Shown here piece after piece: positions 56,668-64,000 of a DNA stretch of 64,000 bases. The translations under genes were made by a program, and so were the position numbers. The notes beneath the pieces are model-generated. The model was not told where the DNA came from and did not search any database. It saw nothing but the letters and a program-made list of their open reading frames with translations. The DNA is from an uncultured Actinomycetota bacterium (GTDB lineage: Bacteria > Actinomycetota > Actinomycetes > Actinomycetales > Dermatophilaceae). The DNA is taken from assembly GCA_963724015.1 (NCBI GenBank), contig CAVRTM010000014.1, forward strand, positions 427,289 to 491,288, given 5' to 3'. The first letter of the stretch is position 1. The number at the start of each line of letters is the position of its first letter.

Positions 56668-57787
56668 GGGTGACGTCGTTGGGCGCGGGCAGGCTGCCGC
56701 CGCCGCGCAGCACGACCTCGGGGGTGGGCCGGCGCGTGCCTGGGGAGGGCGGGACCGGGTTCGGCGTGCGCGGCGGCGTCGGGGGCGCGGGCAGTGCGAT
56801 CGGGGTGCCGGGCGCCGGGGGCGGAGGGATGCTGGCCGTGGTGGAGACCAGGTCGGCCAGGCCGGGGTCGTCGTCGACGCGGGGAACGCCGAGGGCGGGC
56901 AGCCCGAGCAGCTGCAGCGCGGTCTTGGGGACGGACACGTGGGAGCACCAGCGGGAGTCGACCACCGGTGGGACCGCGCCGCCGAACATCAGCAACGGCA
57001 CCCGCGGGCCGTAGGCGATCTGCACCCCGTCGGCGGTCTGCTCCACGTTGGGGGTGGCCACGTGGTCATCCCAGCCGCCCCAGTCATCCCAGGTCAGCAG
57101 GAACACCGTCTCCTCCCAGCCGCCGCCCTTGACGACGGCGTCGACCGCCTGCTGGACCGCGCCCATCCCCACGGTGACGTCGGCCGGCGGGTGCTCATCC
57201 TCGGGGGAGTCGTGCCACAGGTAGCACAGCTGGGGCAGGTTCCCCGCCTGGGCGTCGGCGAGGAACGTCGAGGAGGGCACCAGGTTCGGGGAGCCGTTGA
57301 GCTGGGTGTAGAACCCGACCGGGTAGTCGTTGCTGGCGGTGTAGCAGCGCCAGGACACCCCGTGGTCCTGCGCGTGGCCGGGCAGGGAGGGCATGTCCCA
57401 CACCGGGGGCGGCTGGTTGCGGGGTGGGTTACGCAGCGTCGGGGTCTGGCCACCGACCAGCAGCAGGTGGTTGGGGGTGGAGTTGGTCCCGAAGCCGGAG
57501 CAGTGGTTCTCCAGGAACGCCCCGTTCAGCGCCAACCAGGCGTAGTAGGGCAGCACCGCGTGGGTGTCGAACTGGGTGCGGGTCGCCGTGCCGGTGCCCT
57601 TGAGCCAGGCGCCGTAGGCGCGCCGGTCGTGCGGCTGGTCCTTGCCCGGCGGGTTCGTCTGGGTCGGCCAGTCGGTGGCCACGTTCGCGCCCCACGGCGC
57701 CAGGCCACGGAAGTAGTTGTCCGTGGTGTGGTTCTCCTGAACCATCACCACCACCCGAGTGACGTTGGGGTGGCCGCTGGTCGCCAT
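56657..57787 (-). CDS. Phosphoesterase-family protein (phospholipase C/acid phosphatase PF04185-like) with a Pro-rich C-terminus and no signal peptide
   Basis: VVVMVQENHTTDNYFG-type N-terminal motif, plus NHLLLVGGQT and YLWHDSPEDEHPP. The start is at an internal ATG (57787). Confidence 0.6.
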   Translation of the reverse strand: MATSGHPNVTRVVVMVQENHTTDNYFRGLAPWGANVATDWPTQTNPPGKDQPHDRRAYGAWLKGTGTATRTQFDTHAVLPYYAWLALNGAFLENHCSGFGTNSTPNHLLLVGGQTPTLRNPPRNQPPPVWDMPSLPGHAQDHGVSWRCYTASNDYPVGFYTQLNGSPNLVPSSTFLADAQAGNLPQLCYLWHDSPEDEHPPADVTVGMGAVQQAVDAVVKGGGWEETVFLLTWDDWGGWDDHVATPNVEQTADGVQIAYGPRVPLLMFGGAVPPVVDSRWCSHVSVPKTALQLLGLPALGVPRVDDDPGLADLVSTTASIPPPPAPGTPIALPAPPTPPRTPNPVPPSPGTRRPTPEVVLRGGGSLPAPNDVTLKN

Positions 57788-57911
57788 GGGGTCACAATGC
57801 CCGGTGGCGTGGCTCGCCGCGAGAGAAGAGCGGCGGCCTCGCGACTCGCGAGCTGAGTCGCCTAACATGCGGCACAGCGCGTGTCCATCGCCCGCTGCGC
57901 CACGACCCGGC

Positions 57912-58763
57912 TCAGGACTCGAAGGAGTGCTCCGCCGCGGGGAACGTGCCGCCCGCGACGTCCTCGGCGTAGGCCCGGGCCGCGTCGGCGAGGGTGGTGC
58001 GCAGGTCGGCGTACCGCTTGACGAACCGCGGCGAGGTGCCGCCGCGCAGCCCGGCCATGTCCTGCCAGACGAGCACCTGGGCGTCGCAGTCGGGGCCGGC
58101 GCCGATGCCGATGGTGGGGATCCGCAGCGCCTTGGTCACCTCCGCGGCCACGGGTGCGGGGACCATCTCCATCACGACCGAGAACGCGCCGGCCTGCTCG
58201 AGCGCGAGGCAGTCCTCGACCAGCGTGGCGGCGGCGTCCCCCCGGCCCTGGACCCGGTAGCCGCCGAGGGCGTGCTCGCTCTGCGGGGTGAAGCCGACGT
58301 GCCCCATGACGGGGATGCCGGAGCGGGTGAGCAGCTCCACGGCCGGGGCCATGTGCCGTCCGCCCTCGAGCTTGACCGCGTGGGCCAGGCCCTCCTTGAG
58401 GAAGCGCGTCGCGGTGGCCAGCGCCTGCTCGGGGCCGGCCTGGTAGGAGCCGAACGGCAGGTCCGCGACGACGAGGGCTCGACGGGCGGAGCGGGTCACG
58501 GCGCGCACGAGCGGCAGCAGCTCGTCCACGGTGACCGGGATCGTGGTCTCGTACCCCAGCACGTTGTTGCCGGCGGAGTCGCCGACCAGGAGCACGGGAA
58601 TGCCTGCGGCGTCGAAGATCTCGGCGGCGTACTGGTCGTAGGCGGTCAGCATCGCCCACCGTTCGCCCCGGTCCTTCATCGCCTGCAGGTGGGGGATCCG
58701 CACGCGCCGCACAGGAGCGGAGGCGGTGGTGCCGGTGCCGTACGGCGCGGGCTGCTCGGTCAC
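57912..58763 (-). CDS. panB: 3-methyl-2-oxobutanoate hydroxymethyltransferase
   Basis: GTG at 58763. [58 protein letters not shown]. Confidence 0.93.
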   Translation of the reverse strand: MTEQPAPYGTGTTASAPVRRVRIPHLQAMKDRGERWAMLTAYDQYAAEIFDAAGIPVLLVGDSAGNNVLGYETTIPVTVDELLPLVRAVTRSARRALVVADLPFGSYQAGPEQALATATRFLKEGLAHAVKLEGGRHMAPAVELLTRSGIPVMGHVGFTPQSEHALGGYRVQGRGDAAATLVEDCLALEQAGAFSVVMEMVPAPVAAEVTKALRIPTIGIGAGPDCDAQVLVWQDMAGLRGGTSPRFVKRYADLRTTLADAARAYAEDVAGGTFPAAEHSFES

Positions 58764-58848
58764 GGGAAGGGCTCCTGGTGGCAGGGAGTGGCAGGGAAGG
58801 GCGGGGGAGGGACGGGCAGGCCGGACCGGTGTGCGGGTCGGGCGCGGC

Positions 58849-60591
58849 TCAGGAGTCCTGCTCGCGCCACCTGCTGGTGACCGGCAGCCGACGGTCGCGG
58901 CCGAACGCCAGGCGGGAGATCTTGGGGCCGGGGGCGAACTGCCGGCGCTTCCACTCGGCCCGGTCGACGAGGCCGACGACCTTGTCCACGACCGCCTCCT
59001 CGAAGCCGGCCGCGACGAGCTCGGCGCGGCCCTGGGCGCCCTCGACGTACGCGTCGAGGATCGCGTCGAGCACGTCGTACGGCGGCAGCGAGTCCTGGTC
59101 GACCTGGCCCGGGCGCAGCTCGGCCGACGGCGGCTTGCTGATGGTGTTGTCCGGGATCGGGGGCACCTCGCCGCGCCGCACCGCCTCGGCGTTGCGCCAC
59201 CGCGCGAGCTCCCACACCAGCGTCTTGGGCACGTCCTTGATCGGGGCGAAGCCACCGACGCTGTCGCCGTAGATGGTCGAGTAGCCCACCGACAGCTCGC
59301 TCTTGTTGCTGTTGGCGAGGACGAGGTGGCCTTCCTGGTTGCTCAGTCCCATCCAGACCAGCGCCCGCACGCGCGCCTGGAGGTTCTCCTCCGCGACCCC
59401 GGACAGCTTCACGTTGTCCAGGAAGGCGCTGACCATCGGCTCGATCGGGATGACGCGGTAGTCCAGGCCGAGGCGCTCGGCGAGCTCCTCGGCGTCGTCG
59501 CGGGAGTGCTGGCTGGAGTAGCGGCTCGGGTTGGAGATGCCGACGACGTTCTCCCCGCCGATCGCGTCGGCCGCGATGGTCGCCACGAGCGTGGAGTCGA
59601 TGCCTCCGGAGACACCCAGCAGCACCGAGCGGAAGCCGTTCTTGCGCACGTAGTCGCCGAGCCCGAGCGTCAGCGCCTCGTAGACCTCGCCGACGGGGTC
59701 CAGCCGCGGGGCGTGCGGCGCCGGCTCCGCGGCGTACGGCGCGATGGGCTGGTCGGACAGGGTGACGTGCACGACGCCCTCGGGCGGGCTGGCCGGGTTG
59801 ACGGTGCTCTCGGCGAGGTCGAGGTCGACCACCAGCAGGTCCTCACGGAACTGCGGTCCGCGGGCGAGCACCGTGCCGGCCGCGTCCACGACCAGCGAGT
59901 CGCCGTCGAAGACGAGCTCGTCCTGGCCGCCGACGAGGTTGAGGTAGGCCAGGGCGCAGCCGGCCTGCGCCGCGCGGCGGGCGCACAGCTCCTGCCGGGT
60001 GTCGTCCTTGTCCTCCTCGTACGGCGAGCCGTTGATGACCAGGAGCAGCTCGGCGCCGGCCTCGCGGGTGAGGGCGACGGGGCCGCCCTCCTGCCACAGG
60101 TCCTCGCAGATGGCGACGGCCACGTCGATGTCGCCGACCCGGACGACGGTCAGGTCGGTGCCGGGGGTGAAGATGCGGTACTCGTCGAACACCCCGTAGT
60201 TGGGCAGGTGGTGCTTGGCGTAACGGGCCTTGACCCGGCCCTCGTGCAGGACGCCGGCGCAGTTCTGCGGCAGCACGTGCGTCGGGTCGCTGCCGGCGGT
60301 GCCGGTGCCGGCGTGGTCGAGGTAGCCGACGACCACCGGCAGGGAGCCCAGGCCGTCGGCGGCGAGGTCGGCCGCGAGCTGCTCGAGCGCGGTCCGCGAG
60401 GCGTCGACGAACGACGCCCGCAGCGCGAGGTCCTCCACGGGGTAGCCGGTCAGCACCATCTCGGGAAAGGCCACCAGGTGCGCGCCACGCTCGGCGGCCT
60501 GCGCCGTCCACCGGCGGATCATCGCCGCGTTGCCGGGCAGGTCGCCCACCGTCGCGTTGACCTGGGCCAGGGCGAGTCGCAGTTGCGCCAT
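58849..60591 (-). CDS. nadE: Glutamine-dependent NAD+ synthetase
   Basis: Intact, 580 aa. N-terminal CN-hydrolase domain (FPEM..GYP..ICEDLW) and C-terminal synthetase domain ([13 protein letters not shown]). Confidence 0.95.
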   Translation of the reverse strand: MAQLRLALAQVNATVGDLPGNAAMIRRWTAQAAERGAHLVAFPEMVLTGYPVEDLALRASFVDASRTALEQLAADLAADGLGSLPVVVGYLDHAGTGTAGSDPTHVLPQNCAGVLHEGRVKARYAKHHLPNYGVFDEYRIFTPGTDLTVVRVGDIDVAVAICEDLWQEGGPVALTREAGAELLLVINGSPYEEDKDDTRQELCARRAAQAGCALAYLNLVGGQDELVFDGDSLVVDAAGTVLARGPQFREDLLVVDLDLAESTVNPASPPEGVVHVTLSDQPIAPYAAEPAPHAPRLDPVGEVYEALTLGLGDYVRKNGFRSVLLGVSGGIDSTLVATIAADAIGGENVVGISNPSRYSSQHSRDDAEELAERLGLDYRVIPIEPMVSAFLDNVKLSGVAEENLQARVRALVWMGLSNQEGHLVLANSNKSELSVGYSTIYGDSVGGFAPIKDVPKTLVWELARWRNAEAVRRGEVPPIPDNTISKPPSAELRPGQVDQDSLPPYDVLDAILDAYVEGAQGRAELVAAGFEEAVVDKVVGLVDRAEWKRRQFAPGPKISRLAFGRDRRLPVTSRWREQDS

Positions 60592-60651
60592 GCCTCCAGC
60601 CTAGACGGCGCCGCGCAGGCCGCCCGGTGGGGAACGGGTGGCCGGGTCCAC

Positions 60652-61440
60652 TCAGCCGCGCGGTGAGACCAGCAGCGTCTGCGCGATGGTGCCGCAGGCT
60701 CCTTCGCGGTCGTGGATCGTCGTGGCGCACAGCCCGGTGCCGGTGGCCGCCAGGCGGGTGCGCGCGTCGAGCAGCAGCCAGTCGTCCTGCATCGGCCGGA
60801 GCAGGTGCAGGTCGAGGTCGACGTTGACGAACGACCACCGGTCCCAGTCCAGCTCGGCCGAGACGCCACTGCCGGAGTCGCCCACGAGCGCGGCCCGCTG
60901 CAGGCTGGTCGGGTGCTCGCCGGGGATGACCGGCACCCGGGGACGGACCCAGACCTGAGCGGGCCCCGGGCCGACGAGCGTGCCGCCGGCCGCTCGCCAG
61001 TCGAGGTGCCGGGCGTACGGGAAGTCCCACAGTCCTGAGGGGGCGAGCGTGTCGGGGTCCGGGTGCTCGGCGGCACCACCGGACACGGCCGGCGTGCTTC
61101 CCTCCGGTGCCCGCCGCAGCACCCACACCCGGCCGTGCAGCGCCGCCCGGCCGCCCTGGCTCAGGGTCACGTCGACGAGGGTGATGCTGCGGCCGGTGCG
61201 CACCACCTGGCCGACGACGACCACCGGGTCGGTGCTGACCGGACCCAGGAAGTCCAGGCTCAGCCGCAGCGCGTCGGCCGGCCCGCTGACCACGTCCGCG
61301 GCAAGCCGCTCCGCCTGCCGGACCATGAGCGCCGCCGGCGGGCCGCCGTGCTGGGACCCCGGGGACCAGGGACCGACCGTCGCCTCGGTGGGCTGCCAGG
61401 TGCAGGAGTCGCCGGTGGGGAGGAAGAAGCTGTCGCTCAC
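60652..61440 (-). CDS. Thioesterase-family (double hotdog, TesB-like) protein
   Basis: 262 aa. ..GPWSPGSQHGGPPAALM... and a second half ..VGDSGSGVS..VNVDLDLHLLR, typical of the acyl-CoA thioesterase-like family. Confidence 0.6.
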   Translation of the reverse strand: MSDSFFLPTGDSCTWQPTEATVGPWSPGSQHGGPPAALMVRQAERLAADVVSGPADALRLSLDFLGPVSTDPVVVVGQVVRTGRSITLVDVTLSQGGRAALHGRVWVLRRAPEGSTPAVSGGAAEHPDPDTLAPSGLWDFPYARHLDWRAAGGTLVGPGPAQVWVRPRVPVIPGEHPTSLQRAALVGDSGSGVSAELDWDRWSFVNVDLDLHLLRPMQDDWLLLDARTRLAATGTGLCATTIHDREGACGTIAQTLLVSPRG

Positions 61441-61472
61441 GCGGGCACGCTAGCGGGGCATAGTCTCCCGGC

Positions 61473-63083
61473 GTGACGTACGACGACATCATCGTGGGCG
61501 CCGGACACAACGGGCTGACCGCCGCGGCGTACCTCGCCCGGGCCGGCCGCCGGGTCCTGGTCCTGGAGAAGGCCGACCACGTCGGCGGGGCCGCGGTCTC
61601 GGCGCCGGCGTTCGCCGGGGTGGACGCGCGACTGTCCCGCTACAGCTACCTGGTCTCGCTGCTGCCGCGTCAGGTGATGGCCGACCTCGACCTCGACGTG
61701 CGGCTGGTGCGCCGGCGCTACTCCTCCTACACCCCGCTGCCGGCCGCTCCGGGGACCGGGCTGCTGGTGGACAACGAGGACGAGGAGGCGACCGCGGCCG
61801 CCTTCACGGCGCTGACCGGCTCCGGCGCCGAGCACGAGGCCTGGACCGGCTTCTACCGGCGGATGGCGGCGCCTGGCCCAGCGGGTCTTCCCCACGGTCC
61901 TGGAGCCGCTGCGGTCCGCCGACGCCGTCCGCGAGCTGGTCGGCGACGACGAGCTGTGGCGGGCGCTGGTCGAGCGGCCGCTGGGGGAGACGCTGCGCGC
62001 GACGTTCGCCGACGACACGGTGCGCGGCATCGTGGCCACGGACGCGCTCATCGGCACGTTCGCCGACCTCGACGGGCCGTCCCTGGCCCAGAACATCTGC
62101 TTCCTCTACCACCTCATCGGCGGTGGGACCGGCGACTGGGACGTCCCGGTCGGGGGGATGGGCGCCGTCACGGACGGGCTCGCCCGTGCCGCCGTCGCCG
62201 CCGGGGCCGAGGTGGTGACCGGTGCCGACGTGGTCGCGGTCGACCCGGGCGGCGAGGTCTCGTGGCGTGCGCCGGGGCAGGGCCGCACAGCGGGCAGGGC
62301 CTGCGCAGCGCGCACGGCGCGACCGTCCTGTCGGGTGTCGCGCCCACCCTGCTCAACGACCTGCTCGCCACGGCGGGTGCTGCGCCGGTGGACACCGAGC
62401 CGGCACCCGAGGGGGCGCAGCTGAAGGTCAACATGCTGCTGTCCCGGCTGCCGCGGCTGCGTGACGAGCGGGTGGACCCCCGGGCGGCGTTCGCCGGGAC
62501 CTTCCACATCAACGAGACGTTCAGCCAGCTGCAGGACACGTACGCCGCGGCCGCCGCGGGCGCGGTGCCCGACCTGGTCCCGTGCGAGATCTACTGCCAC
62601 TCGCTCTCCGACCGCAGCATCCTCGGGCCCGAGCTGGCGGCCGGCGACGCGCAGACCCTGACGCTGTTCGGGCTGCACCTGCCGGCGCGGCTGTTCCGCG
62701 GGGACAACGAGGCCCGGCGCGAGGAGGCGCTCGCCGCCACGCTCCGGTCGCTGAACTCGGTGCTGGCCGAGCCGGTCGAGGACGTGCTGCTGCGCGGGCC
62801 GGACGGGCGCCCGTGCCTGGAGGTGCGCACGCCGGTGGACCTCGAGCAGGACCTCGGCCTGCCCGGCGGCAACATCTTCCACCGCTCGCTGCAGTGGCCG
62901 TGGGCCGAGACCCCGCAGCAGGTCGGCACGTGGGGGGTGGAGACCGTCCACGAGCGGGTGCTGGTGTGCGGGGCCGGCGCGCGCCGCGGGGGCGGCGTCA
63001 GCGGCATACCCGGTCACAACGCGGCGCAGGCGGTCCTGGCCGGGGCCCCGGCGCGCCCTGGTGCCCGCTCGTCGCGCGGGTAG
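61473..63083 (+). pseudogene. Phytoene-desaturase-family NAD(P)/FAD-dependent oxidoreductase, two apparent compensating frameshifts (about 61871 at +1; 62270-62310 at -1)
   Basis: [37 protein letters not shown].. / LAQRVFPTVLEPL..GIVATDALIGTFADLDGPSLAQNICFLYHLIGGGTGDWDVPVGGMGAV.. / ..VLSGVAP...HINETF..GGNIFH. Confidence 0.78.
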
Positions 63084-63098
63084 GGCAGGATCGACGGC

Positions 63099-64000
63099 AT
63101 GGATCGTCAGCAGGAGTTCGTCCTCCGCACCATCGAGGAGCGGGACATCCGCTTCGTCCGCCTCTGGTTCACCGACGTGCTCGGCCAGCTCAAGTCGGTC
63201 GCCGTCGCCCCGGCCGAGCTGGAGGGGGCGTTCGCCGAGGGCATCGGCTTCGACGGCAGCGCCATCGAGGGCTTCGCGCGGGTCTACGAGGCCGACATGC
63301 TCGTGCGCCCCGACCCCTCGACGTTCCAGGCGCTGCCCTGGCGCGGCGACAACCCCGGCACCGCCCGGATGTTCGGCGACATCGTGCTGCCCGACCAGTC
63401 GCCCAGCTTCGCCGACTCCCGCTACGTGCTCAAGCGCGCGCTGGCCAAGGCGGCCGACCTCGGGTTCACCTTCTACACCCACCCCGAGATCGAGTTCTAC
63501 CTGTTCGAGCAGCCGATGTCCGTCGACGGCGCCGGTCCCGGTGGACCAGGGCGGCTACTTCGACCACGTGCCGCACGGCACCGCCCACGACTTCCGCCGG
63601 GCCGCGATCACCATGCTGGAGTCCATGGGCATCTCGGTGGAGTTCAGCCACCACGAGAGGGGCCCGGGCCAGAACGAGATCGACCTGCGTTACGCCGACG
63701 CGCTCTCCACCGCCGACAACATCATGACGTTCCGCACGGTGATCAAGGAGGTGGCGCTCGAGCAGGGCGTCTTCGCCTCGTTCATGCCCAAGCCGCTGGC
63801 CGACCACCCCGGCTCGGGCATGCACACCCACCTGTCGCTGTTCGAGGGCGACCGCAACGCCTTCCACGAGGCCGGCGCGCCGTACCAGCTCAGCCAGGTG
63901 GGCCGGCAGTTCATCGCCGGCCTGCTGCGGCACGGCGCCGAGATGACCGCGGTCACCAACCAGTGGGTGAACTCCTACAAGCGGCTCTGGGGCGGCGGCG
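63099..64000 (+). pseudogene. glnA: Glutamine synthetase (GlnA2-like), 3'-truncated by the window edge, one apparent +1 frameshift near 63530
   Basis: MDRQQEFVLRTIEERDIRFVRLWFTDVLGQLKSVAVAPAELEGAFAEGIGFDGSAIEGF.. is nearly identical in pattern to mycobacterial GlnA2. After the shift it reads VPVDQGGYFDH..MLESMGISVEFSHHE.GPGQNEIDLRY..MPKP..GSGMHTH. Confidence 0.9.

Overview
This is a high-GC (roughly 70% or more by eye) actinobacterial chromosomal core region. Gene order follows the conserved Mycobacterium/Micrococcales blocks: rpsA-coaE-uvrB, then uvrA, then uvrC-rapZ-yvcK-whiA-gap-pgk-tpiA-secG(-rbpA). A convergent pentose-phosphate operon (tkt-tal-pgi-zwf-opcA-pgl) sits opposite ctaB, and the window ends in panB-nadE and a 3'-truncated glnA2. 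I call about 62 protein genes, one yybP-ykoY (Mn2+) riboswitch candidate ahead of a TerC gene, two strong hairpin terminators and four short tandem-repeat tracts. I found no rRNA, tRNA, CRISPR array, transposase, integrase or phage gene. The dominant signal is technical-looking. About 42 single-base frameshifts interrupt 20 otherwise well conserved genes, including pgk, tpiA, tkt, tal, ctaB, coaE, uvrA, uvrC, rapZ and glnA2. About 38 of them are extra bases, often in short G/C runs, and I saw no nonsense codons or internal deletions, which suggests consensus or assembly indel error rather than gene decay. I did not find convincing evidence for a new multi-gene system such as a defence island, biosynthetic cluster or mobile element. 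The most unusual biological items follow:
- OpcA and UvrA both carry long Ala/Lys-rich histone-H1-like C-terminal tails.
- All five junctions of the six-gene pentose-phosphate operon, which has pgi embedded, overlap (four by 4 nt, zwf/opcA by 16 nt).
- A sensor-less histidine kinase with two NarL-type regulators lies behind an AT-rich palindrome island.
- A leaderless NlpC/P60 peptidase is divergent from a leaderless class-A-beta-lactamase-like hydrolase.
- A 17-18 bp TGA-phased repeat array follows uvrA.
- A 9-bp microsatellite straddles a stop codon.
- A stranded 3' remnant of an MFS transporter gene is present.
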